From: a virus
IMG/VR virus record: IMGVR_UViG_3300035670_000034
Location: 1 to 64,000 of that record
DNA length: 64,000 nt
Reading direction: 5' to 3' (one strand)
In this document: piece by piece, positions 53,923-61,860 of the stretch
How positions within the stretch are numbered: position 1 is the first letter of the stretch
Layout: each line of letters opens with the position of its first letter
Program-made: the position numbers and the translations under genes
Notes under the pieces: model-generated
The model's input: the letters and a program-made list of their open reading frames with translations, nothing else
Database searches by the model: none
What the model was told of the DNA's origin: nothing

Positions 53923-56556
53923 TTGCCCATGGCGGCAGAAGAAGATACGAACTCAAAGGTTTTTGCACTTCGTGCTGCTCAATGGATTGGGTGTTCTGGG
54001 GCACACAAAAAAGACGGCAAATGGATGCCGTGCGAAACACACGAAGAACTTGAAAGAATTTCCAATGAAGCGGAACCCCAAAAAAAGACAGGTTTTGAAG
54101 CCCTCACCGAAAATTATACAAAGCGCAAGGCAAAGGGTAAAAAGAAAAGAAATCGCGGTTGGGAAAAACTAAAAGAAAGAAAACCGCTTGGTTTTGCGAC
54201 GCTTGAGGGTGGGGGAATAGTTTCTGCCCCAATCGTTGCCTTTCCAAACGTAACCCTTGGCAACAAGTCCTATATTCCCGGAGTATCTCCAAGAGATAAC
54301 GACCCAGACGTATTTACTGACATTGAGTCGGCGCGCAAACGCTCAAGAATGCTTGGCTGCATCGGCGTACGAAGAATGCCATCGTCAACTGGTCGAACTA
54401 TATGGATGCCATGCACAAACAATTCTGATTATTCACGTCTTGCCGGAACAACGTTTCTTGGAAGAAGAAATCAACGAGAAGCACAACGGAGAATGATTAG
54501 AACAATATTGCGTCGCGAAATGGCAAATAACAACAGACGGAACAAAATTAGAAAGAAATCATTATTTGATGAATTAAACGAAACAAAAGGAATTGGTAGG
54601 GCGATAGGTAGAGCCGCTTCTGGAAACTCATTGAGCAGAAGATTAAGGCGCTCAGTTGAAAAAATTGAAGGAGTTTTAAATCCACTCGAACGCCGAGATA
54701 TGGATGGGGATGGCTTTATTTTTGACGGCACATGGCGGGAAATGAGGGCGCCAAGATTGGCCAGTTCAACCGGGGAGCGACCAGAAATGGAAAAGCCTTC
54801 ATGGGTTTCACCAACCGACAATAGATGGATGAAACCTGCAAAAATCGGAAAAGGTGGACCATTGAAAGCAAGTGAACTGCTTAACTACGACAGATTGAGA
54901 ATTAGAAAAAACAGAGACGAACAGGCTCGAGTCCTCGGAGTGACCAGAGACGTCATAGACGCAATGCACGAGCCGGATGCATCAATAGATGCGTTCGATG
55001 CCGACAGGTTGACAATGTCCGCACTTGGCCTTCACCCAGCGTTGATTTGGGGAGAATCATGGCTTGATGCCGACAAACAACCAAAACCCGAAAAACCTAT
55101 TCGAATAGCAAAAAGAACTGGAAAGCCAGACCAACGCTCTGTTGTGAACGCAAAACGCCGCGACCTAAACGATAGGGACAGGCAAGTTCTTGAGATGCGA
55201 AGAAATGGTAAAACGCAACAAGAGATAGCGGACGAAATTGGAGTAAGCAAGGAGCGGGCAAGACAAATACTTAATGCCGCCATAAAAAGAAACGAAGATG
55301 AAATCGATAAAAATGATGGTCTTGCGTCATCGACTAGTTCCGACCCAATTAACAGACCTGGTCAAATCCCAAGGGATTCGCGCGGAAACATTCTAAAACA
55401 AGGTGATAGAAGAAAAGAAACTCTTGATAAAACCATTGAAAAACTCAAATCAATTGGATTTACCCAGGAAGAAATAAATTTGTTAATGACTGGAGATGCA
55501 GGAACTCCAGTTGACACGGCAACGAGAGATGTTGATATCGCTGCGGCAAAAAGAGGTTCTTTGGCCAGCAGGACAACTGGCCTTGCGTCAATGACATTGT
55601 CCGAAATGGCGCGCACAAACTCATCCGAATGGGCCCAAAATCAAAAAACCCACATAGTCGACTGGGCAAATTCGCGCCCATCATTCAACGTTCCATACTC
55701 TCTTGCTCAGCAATACAAGAGAGACGGTGACCTGAAAGATTCCGAATGGAAAAGATTGCTTAGGTTCTACACGCAGTATGGCCCGGAAAACAGGGGTTTG
55801 CGCTCAACAACTGAAGCAAATCCATTTGAAAATGTCGGCGCAAAAAGAATGGCAAAAATTATTCTTGACAGAGTAAGACAGGATAAGAGAAACAAAAAAC
55901 CAGGTGAAAGAACCCACTATCACGTTGTCGGACCGGGCGCTGTTGGCAAAACAACATTAAGAAAGTATCTAGTTGAACAAGGAATAATCCCCGGGGATAG
56001 CGAGTCAGCCCATGTTGACCCAGACTTCATAAAGCAGGGAATTGAGGGGTACAACGGCGGCGCTGGTTCAATGGCAGTTCATAGAGAATCCGCATATTCC
56101 GCCACAAGAACTGTTAACAATGCCGCAAATGAAGGGATGGACATCGTCACTGAAGGGACCGGATACAGATTATTTGAGTACAAAACAACAAGCGACCCCG
56201 CCTACAAAAAGGTCCTACATATCCCCTATCTCTCATTTGACGAAGCAGAAAAAAGACTCAGAAAACGGAATGCAGAAGGTAAGCGGCAACTTCCCGAAAG
56301 CCAAATAAGAATAAAGGGTCAGCAATTTTATGGATGGCTTGCCGACCACATCCAAAGGGGCGAAGTTCAAGATATGTATATCTGGGATATGGATGTACCC
56401 AAAGGTGCTGCGCCAAGAGTCATCGCAAAAATAGAAAATGGTGTGTTTAGAGCAATAGACGAGCCGGCATTTAAGAAGTGGTCAGAACAATCTGGCGGGC
56501 ACAGGGGTGGCGACGCAAACCTCGCATGGTTCAAGAGACGTTTTCCAGAAAAATAA
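53923..56556 (+). CDS. Head-module polyvalent protein (877 aa): duplicated Cys motif, DxDGDG module, HTH, C-terminal zeta-toxin-like P-loop kinase
   Basis: GCSGAH..WMPC and GCIGVR..WMPC; RDMDGDGFIFDGTW; sigma-70 region 4-like HTH (KTQQEIADEIGVSKERARQIL); GPGAVGKT, HVDPDFIK and DIVTEGTG. Confidence 0.8.
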   Translation: MPMAAEEDTNSKVFALRAAQWIGCSGAHKKDGKWMPCETHEELERISNEAEPQKKTGFEALTENYTKRKAKGKKKRNRGWEKLKERKPLGFATLEGGGIVSAPIVAFPNVTLGNKSYIPGVSPRDNDPDVFTDIESARKRSRMLGCIGVRRMPSSTGRTIWMPCTNNSDYSRLAGTTFLGRRNQREAQRRMIRTILRREMANNNRRNKIRKKSLFDELNETKGIGRAIGRAASGNSLSRRLRRSVEKIEGVLNPLERRDMDGDGFIFDGTWREMRAPRLASSTGERPEMEKPSWVSPTDNRWMKPAKIGKGGPLKASELLNYDRLRIRKNRDEQARVLGVTRDVIDAMHEPDASIDAFDADRLTMSALGLHPALIWGESWLDADKQPKPEKPIRIAKRTGKPDQRSVVNAKRRDLNDRDRQVLEMRRNGKTQQEIADEIGVSKERARQILNAAIKRNEDEIDKNDGLASSTSSDPINRPGQIPRDSRGNILKQGDRRKETLDKTIEKLKSIGFTQEEINLLMTGDAGTPVDTATRDVDIAAAKRGSLASRTTGLASMTLSEMARTNSSEWAQNQKTHIVDWANSRPSFNVPYSLAQQYKRDGDLKDSEWKRLLRFYTQYGPENRGLRSTTEANPFENVGAKRMAKIILDRVRQDKRNKKPGERTHYHVVGPGAVGKTTLRKYLVEQGIIPGDSESAHVDPDFIKQGIEGYNGGAGSMAVHRESAYSATRTVNNAANEGMDIVTEGTGYRLFEYKTTSDPAYKKVLHIPYLSFDEAEKRLRKRNAEGKRQLPESQIRIKGQQFYGWLADHIQRGEVQDMYIWDMDVPKGAAPRVIAKIENGVFRAIDEPAFKKWSEQSGGHRGGDANLAWFKRRFPEK

Positions 56557-56605
56557 GACGTCTATTTACATACATTCGTTTGCCAAGTTTTATTGGTAGT
56601 TCCAC

Positions 56606-56637
56606 TACAGAAACAATATTTTCTGTATCTTAGATAC
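56606..56637 (+). promoter_or_regulatory. Inverted repeats upstream of the capsid gene
   Basis: TACAGAAA-caatat-TTTCTGTA, overlapping GTATCT-T-AGATAC. Confidence 0.35.
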
Positions 56638-56703
56638 CTAAGGGCTGGGTGCTTACCTGAGCCAAGCAACAAGTCCATAACTCACAAGAAAGTAAAAATC
56701 AAC

Positions 56704-58023
56704 ATGTCTACAGAAGACACCAACAGATTGAGCGAACTGCAAGGCGCACTTCGCTCGAAGATGGCGGAGAATAAGGCAATTGCCGATTCGTTCCGCGTCG
56801 AGGAAGGCGTTGTCGTCGTTTCGACTGCGCAGAAGACCGCGTTCGACAAGAACATGGCCGACATTCGCGAAATCAAGTCGCTCATCAGCGGCCTTGAGGC
56901 AATGAGTGAAGTCGAGTCGTGGGGTGGCGCACAGGCCAAGGAGTCGGTTGCTCAAGCAGCCGCCGCACAGGCTCAGACGTTCAACCAAGCGGAAACCCGC
57001 AGCATCGGTGAGGCGTTCCTTGCCTCAGCCGAGTTCAAGTCGTTGGCCAATGGCCGCAACGGCGCGAACATGGCTGCTCCGTTCCAGTACAACGGTGGCA
57101 TTCAGGTCAAGGACGTGTACACCACGCTCCCGACCGGCAACTTGGGCAACAACGCCAACGCAGTGTTCGGCACCGTGCAGCGTGACCCGATGATTGTTCC
57201 GCCGAAGCGCACCAAGAGAGTCCGTGACCTCTTCCCAGCGCGTTCGACGTCCTCGACCGTCATCGAGTACTTCCGCATGACCGGCTTCACCAACAACGCC
57301 GCAGCAGTTGCTGAGCGTGTTGGCAACCAGTTCGGCATCAAGCCACAGTCGAGCATGTCGTTCGAAGGTGCGCAAACGTCCGTCAAGACGCTTGCACACT
57401 GGGAGGCGGCGCACCGCAACGTTCTGGCCGACGAGCCACAGTTGCGCGGCATCATCGACAACGAACTGATGTACGGCTTGCGTCTGCAGGAAGATGCTCA
57501 GATTCTTCTGGGTGACGGCACTGGTGAGAACCTGCTCGGCATCCTCAAGACCCCTGGCATCCAGACCTACAACTGGTCGTCGGGCGCAACCGATGCGCAG
57601 AACAACAAGAAGGACTCGCGTGCGGATGCAATTCGTCGCGCGTTGACCCTCTCGATGCTCGCCTACTACGAGCCATCTGGCGTTGTTCTTCACCCGAATG
57701 ACTGGGAGCAGATTGAACTGACCAAGGATGCAAACGGCCAGTACCTCATCGCAACTTCGGTTGCGCTGGGTGGCGAGCCGCGCGTCTGGCGCACGCCGCT
57801 TATTGAGAGCGTCGCAATGCCAGAGGGCACTGCCCTTGTCGGTTCGTTCGGCCAAGGCGCGCAGTTGTACGACCGCGAGCAGGCCAGCATCCGAGTCAGC
57901 GAGCAGCACGCGGACTTCTTCATCCGCAACGCCATTGTGATTCTTGCCGAACAGCGCCTTGCGCTGGCCGTCAAGCGTCCAGAGTCGTTCGTGCGTGTCT
58001 CGTTCGACCAGGCCCCTGCCTGA
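56704..58023 (+). CDS. Major capsid protein, HK97 fold with N-terminal delta-like domain (439 aa; start MSTEDTN)
   Basis: VRDLFP, IEYFR, AAAVAE..KPQS, ELMYGLRLQEDAQILLGDGTGENLLGIL, VLHPNDW, RNAIVILAEQRLALAVKRPESFV; strong GC-rich codon bias. Confidence 0.95.
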   Translation: MSTEDTNRLSELQGALRSKMAENKAIADSFRVEEGVVVVSTAQKTAFDKNMADIREIKSLISGLEAMSEVESWGGAQAKESVAQAAAAQAQTFNQAETRSIGEAFLASAEFKSLANGRNGANMAAPFQYNGGIQVKDVYTTLPTGNLGNNANAVFGTVQRDPMIVPPKRTKRVRDLFPARSTSSTVIEYFRMTGFTNNAAAVAERVGNQFGIKPQSSMSFEGAQTSVKTLAHWEAAHRNVLADEPQLRGIIDNELMYGLRLQEDAQILLGDGTGENLLGILKTPGIQTYNWSSGATDAQNNKKDSRADAIRRALTLSMLAYYEPSGVVLHPNDWEQIELTKDANGQYLIATSVALGGEPRVWRTPLIESVAMPEGTALVGSFGQGAQLYDREQASIRVSEQHADFFIRNAIVILAEQRLALAVKRPESFVRVSFDQAPA

Positions 58024-58045
58024 TAGGACAGCCAATTAAGTAGCG

Positions 58046-58085
58046 CCCCCGCTACCCGCCGTGAAACATACGGCGGGGGCGGGGG
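58046..58085 (+). terminator. GC-rich hairpin after the capsid gene
   Basis: CCCCCGC-TA-CCCGCCGT gaaacat ACGGCGGG-GGCGGGGG followed by TTCTGCTTT. Confidence 0.65.
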
Positions 58086-58100
58086 TTCTGCTTTATACTG

Positions 58101-58334
58101 ATGACTATGCAGATGCCATCGTTTACACAAGAAGAGCGAAACGCGATGCGAGAGAGTTTTCTTGAGGTGAACCCAGAACAACTACGCAAAGCGAAACTGG
58201 TGGCGTCACTCCTCGCTGACGAGGAAGAAAACCCAGAAGATGCGCGACTTGCCCTAATGTTTTATTTCTCGCTGGACGAAAATAAGGACGAATTAGAGTC
58301 CATAATGGGCGAACTTATGCTTGATGGGGAGTAA
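58101..58334 (+). CDS. Small acidic hypothetical protein (77 aa)
   Basis: TATACT -10-like hexamer 7 nt before the ATG, consistent with a leaderless gene. Confidence 0.55.
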   Translation: MTMQMPSFTQEERNAMRESFLEVNPEQLRKAKLVASLLADEEENPEDARLALMFYFSLDENKDELESIMGELMLDGE

Positions 58335-58353
58335 CCCGAAGGTATTATTGTTT

Positions 58354-58491
58354 ATGGCCAAAAATAACGATTTCAAGAGCGAATTTGGCCGTTTTGCGCT
58401 TAATACAAAAGCAAAACCGGAAAGTTTTGAAAAGTGGATGGTCGCAATGTACGGCATGACACCCAAATCATCAAAAAAGAAAAGGCGTTAA
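58354..58491 (+). CDS. Small hypothetical protein (45 aa); missed by the ORF track
   Basis: MAKNNDFKSEFGRFALNTKAKPESFEKWMVAMYGMTPKSSKKKRR*, with TATTAT 5 nt upstream of the ATG. Confidence 0.45.
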   Translation: MAKNNDFKSEFGRFALNTKAKPESFEKWMVAMYGMTPKSSKKKRR

Positions 58492-58493
58492 AG

Positions 58494-58913
58494 ATGCAAC
58501 TTCACGGGATGAGCCCAAAGGAAACACAGAGACTCGTCAATTGGTATTGGGGAAACATTCCTAAGGATGCATGGGCCATTATCGCAGCGTGGGATGACAA
58601 AGCGCGCGATGCGGCCCGTGAAATAACCGAAAGCATTAAGGACTTTTCCGACAAGGACAAGAAGGCGCAATTTGCGGACAAATGGAATGATTGGCTAAAG
58701 GAGAATCCGCCACCAAATGAAGTTGATGACATCAATAGGTATCAACTCAGCCAGGGGAAAAAGCCGGTGAACTGGGAAGAAGTAGCCAAATGGGATTTGC
58801 CAAAACTTGACGATATTGAAAAGTACAAAGATTTTGATTTTTCAAAAATTATGGACCCCAAGGTGTATGAGTATTACAAGAAACTCGAGGAGGATGACGA
58901 CGATGACAAATGA
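58494..58913 (+). CDS. Hypothetical protein (about 139 aa; MQLHGMSPKE...)
   Basis: Trp-rich and acidic. Starts 2 nt after the previous stop, or is reached by -1 frameshift. Confidence 0.6.
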   Translation: MQLHGMSPKETQRLVNWYWGNIPKDAWAIIAAWDDKARDAAREITESIKDFSDKDKKAQFADKWNDWLKENPPPNEVDDINRYQLSQGKKPVNWEEVAKWDLPKLDDIEKYKDFDFSKIMDPKVYEYYKKLEEDDDDDK

Positions 58914-59808
58914 GGAGCCAACGACACTTGAGGAAATGGTCAAAAGGTATGGTCGTGCTGTCGTTGTTGTAGACGAGCAGTCAGACGGACTTAAGGTCAT
59001 GGGTGCTGCTAGGGCGCACAGTGTTGACATGGATGGAAAACCCAAGAAGGGCACCAAACGCCCAGCGGGTGACGGATTCATCCCGGAAGACGACGATGAG
59101 GAATATTACATGCACGGCATGGAACTTGACGACAATCAAAGAAAAGTCTTGTCGTACATATCCGATATGGATGAAGTTGAATTCGATTCCACGTTTCCGG
59201 AAGACAAAGACGAGGAATCTGCAGAAGAGGTAAAAGTATTTTTTGATACGGCATTTGCCTTTGTTAGAAGAGCACTCACAAATCGTAGAAAAAAGCGCCG
59301 TCGACTAAAAATAAAAGACGGGGAGCAAGACGACATAGAGCAAAAGGCGTCTCCATGTTGGGATGGATACATTCAGGTCGGCATGAAAGCCGGCAAGAAT
59401 GGGAAAATGGTACCAAACTGTGTTCCAGAGGGTCAAGAAAAGTCTTTTTTTGCCGATGACATTGAGCAAAAAGCCGCAAAGAAGCCACTGAAAGACCCAA
59501 AGGGTGGATTGACTGCTGCGGGTAGGGCGCATTTCAAGAGAAAGGAAGGTGCGAATCTAAAACCCGGAGTTAAGGGCGCTGCAAATACGCCAGAAAAGAT
59601 GAGACGCAAGGGTTCTTTCCTAACCAGATTTTTCACCAATCCCTCAGGACCGATGCAGGATGATAAGGGGAGGCCGACAAGGCTCGCACTATCTGCTGCC
59701 GCGTGGGGTGAGCCCGTACCAAAGAACGCACAAGACGCCGCAGCACTGGCCGCAAAGGGCAGAAGAATGCTGGAGCGATACGAAAATACAAAGAAAAAGA
59801 AGAAATGA
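58903..59808 (+). CDS. Modular head-associated protein (301 aa; start MTNEEPT)
   Basis: SD GAGGAGG. Contains PCWDGYIQVGMK..KNGKMVPNCVP and KDPKGGLTAAGR...KGSFLTRF modules, which I recognise from aquatic phage proteins (DUF6321-like). Confidence 0.7.
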   Translation: MTNEEPTTLEEMVKRYGRAVVVVDEQSDGLKVMGAARAHSVDMDGKPKKGTKRPAGDGFIPEDDDEEYYMHGMELDDNQRKVLSYISDMDEVEFDSTFPEDKDEESAEEVKVFFDTAFAFVRRALTNRRKKRRRLKIKDGEQDDIEQKASPCWDGYIQVGMKAGKNGKMVPNCVPEGQEKSFFADDIEQKAAKKPLKDPKGGLTAAGRAHFKRKEGANLKPGVKGAANTPEKMRRKGSFLTRFFTNPSGPMQDDKGRPTRLALSAAAWGEPVPKNAQDAAALAAKGRRMLERYENTKKKKK

Positions 59809-60206
59809 ATCGCTTCTGGTACGGTGCTCGAGTTCTCAACGTAGTTGATGGTGACACCGTCGACTTGATGATTGACCTTGGGTTTAATATTCACCACAAG
59901 ATTCGCGTTCGTTTGTTTGGCGTAAATACCCCCGAATCGAGAACAAAAGATTTGGCAGAAAAGCAAATGGGCCTAAAAGCAAAATCGTTTACCAAGGACT
60001 GGCTTGACCGTCACCAGTGGGTTTTTATTAATACAATTCCAGATAAAAACGATAAATACGGAAGAATACTTGCGAAAATTTATTCTTCAGAAAACGTTGA
60101 AGACCCAATTACTGCATGTCTAAACACTGACATAATCGAAGCAGGATATGCGCGAGAGTATTTTGGCGTCGGCGATAAGACCTGGACAGAATTTAAAAAA
60201 GCATAA
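59805..60206 (+). CDS. Thermonuclease (SNase-like, 133 aa)
   Basis: VVDGDTVD, RVRLFGVNTPES and DKYGRILA. Confidence 0.85.
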   Translation: MNRFWYGARVLNVVDGDTVDLMIDLGFNIHHKIRVRLFGVNTPESRTKDLAEKQMGLKAKSFTKDWLDRHQWVFINTIPDKNDKYGRILAKIYSSENVEDPITACLNTDIIEAGYAREYFGVGDKTWTEFKKA

Positions 60207-60289
60207 TTCAACACTGTCAACAAAATTTATTAAATAAAAAAACGAGCACTTTTCCCTAGGTTTTATTGATTTTTTTTAATGTGTAGAGA

Positions 60290-60336
60290 TGTTGCAATAA
60301 AAAGTTGCAACACGACCAATGTTGTTGTGTTACTGT
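60290..60336 (+). promoter_or_regulatory. Promoter region with inverted repeat
   Basis: TGTTGCAA-N7-TTGCAACA (60290-60312) and extended -10 TGtTACTGT (60328-60336). Confidence 0.45.
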
Positions 60337-60371
60337 TGTAGTCAACAACAATTCCATAGGAGGAATTCATC

Positions 60372-60881
60372 ATGGCAAGTCAGCCAACTGCATATCCATA
60401 TCCATCAGTAGTCACCGCCCAAATCGAGGGCACGCTTACGACCGACTCGTCGGTCAAGTTCGTGATGCCGTTCAAGGGTCGCGTCGCAGGTGGCCATGCC
60501 GCCGTCACGACTGCCCCAGCAGGTTCGGCTCTTACGTTCGACCTGAAGAAGGGTTCGACCGTCATGGGTGCGTTCTCGATTGCCGCTGGTGCATCGACGG
60601 ACGAAATTGCAATGTCGTCCACTGAGGCCTACACGACGTTTGCCGCTGGTGAAGTCCTCGAAATCGACGTCACCGCTATTGGTTCTGGCACTGCTGGCGC
60701 AGGCCTCGTGGTCACCCTGGTCGTTGACCAGTACAACCTCGACGGCGCAGGCACCAACGAGTACGCACTCACCTTCCGCCGTGGCGGACACGATGGTGGC
60801 GTTCTCACCGCAGCCAACACCAACACCTACCAGGAGAATGGCACCACGACTGCTGGCGCCGCGACCCCGAAGACTGTCTGA
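60372..60881 (+). CDS. Probable capsid decoration/abundant virion protein (169 aa)
   Basis: SD AGGAGG; same GC-rich codon bias as capsid and tube; beta-rich A/G/T/V composition; own promoter and terminator. Confidence 0.55.
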   Translation: MASQPTAYPYPSVVTAQIEGTLTTDSSVKFVMPFKGRVAGGHAAVTTAPAGSALTFDLKKGSTVMGAFSIAAGASTDEIAMSSTEAYTTFAAGEVLEIDVTAIGSGTAGAGLVVTLVVDQYNLDGAGTNEYALTFRRGGHDGGVLTAANTNTYQENGTTTAGAATPKTV

Positions 60882-60920
60882 TTACAGACAAATAGTTCGC
60901 CCTACTACCTTAGGACGCTC

Positions 60921-60949
60921 AAGGCCCGTTGCCGAAAGGCACGGGCCTT
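60921..60949 (+). terminator. Rho-independent terminator
   Basis: AAGGCCCG-T-TGCC GAAA GGCA-CGGGCCTT followed by GTGTTTT. Confidence 0.75.
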
Positions 60950-60967
60950 GTGTTTTATAATAGTAAG

Positions 60968-61165
60968 GTGAAGAGGGTAATTTTCGCATCTGTTTTTGTC
61001 ATTCTGTCCGCCTCCTGCGGATATGACGGCTACTACAGATACGAGTGTCAAGACCCTGAAAATTGGGAAGAAGATTACTGCAACCCCCCAATCTGCCTAG
61101 TTGACAATATGTGCACGGAAACACTTTTGGGTTTTGACCCAAGAGAGGAAACAATAGACCCATGA
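60968..61165 (+). CDS. Small secreted/lipoprotein-like Cys-rich protein (65 aa; GTG start)
   Basis: MKRVIFASVFVILSAS-CGYDG...ECQDPENW...CNPPIC...C; overlaps the lysin start. Confidence 0.55.
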   Translation: MKRVIFASVFVILSASCGYDGYYRYECQDPENWEEDYCNPPICLVDNMCTETLLGFDPREETIDP

Positions 61166-61860
61166 CGGAAAACTTCGCAACAGGAATTGATGTCTCTGAG
61201 TACCAAGGAAACATAACTTGGAAAAAGGTAAAAGATGCGGGTATAGATTTTGCCTACGTCCGAAGCAATGTGGGGCTAAAGGAAGATGCACTACTGAAGC
61301 AAAACTGCAGTAGGGCCCGAAAAAACGGCATACCTTTTGGCCTTTATGTTTATATCAAGCCAGAGGAAGATGTCGTTGAGCAGATGCGCATGGTTTTGGA
61401 TAACCACAAAAAGCACGGCGCAACACTTGTCCCTCAAATTGACATTGAACATCATGGTGGTGTTACGCCAAGGATTATGAAGCAAATTGTCAGGATGTGC
61501 GTGAAGATGGCGACCGATGCACTGGGAAAACCACCGGTGATTTACACTTACGCAGTTTTCTGGAACGCACATGTAAACATGAGATTTGGAATCTCCCATT
61601 GTCCACTGTGGGTTGCCCGCTATGTGTATTACTCGGATGCCGAGTTCAAGGATAAGCCAATACCCAAAGACCCCTCCTTGTGGGCAGATTATGCATTTGA
61701 TTCTCAAAAACTCCCACAACCCGTCAAGGGGTGGAAGACATGGGACGTTTGGCAGTTTGCAGCAAACCACAACCGTGCGGGCAGGAAGTTTGGCATGACA
61801 TCTGCACACCTTGACTTGAACATATTGAAAATCGCATCCATGGAACGGCTAAAACTATGA
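61162..61860 (+). CDS. Endolysin, glycoside hydrolase family 25 (232 aa)
   Basis: GIDVSEYQG..W, DIE catalytic DxE, PVIYT, LWVARY, WDVWQF and DLN. Confidence 0.9.
   Translation: MTENFATGIDVSEYQGNITWKKVKDAGIDFAYVRSNVGLKEDALLKQNCSRARKNGIPFGLYVYIKPEEDVVEQMRMVLDNHKKHGATLVPQIDIEHHGGVTPRIMKQIVRMCVKMATDALGKPPVIYTYAVFWNAHVNMRFGISHCPLWVARYVYYSDAEFKDKPIPKDPSLWADYAFDSQKLPQPVKGWKTWDVWQFAANHNRAGRKFGMTSAHLDLNILKIASMERLKL

Noticed and set aside
56593-56703. N-terminal 37 aa of the capsid ORF as given by the track
   Set aside because: Overlaps the regulatory inverted repeats and lacks the capsid gene's codon bias; ATG 56704 is preferred.
57025-58035. 336-aa antisense ORF and other long ORFs over the capsid gene
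   Set aside because: Expected by-product of strong GC3 codon bias on the opposite strand; no motifs or RBS.
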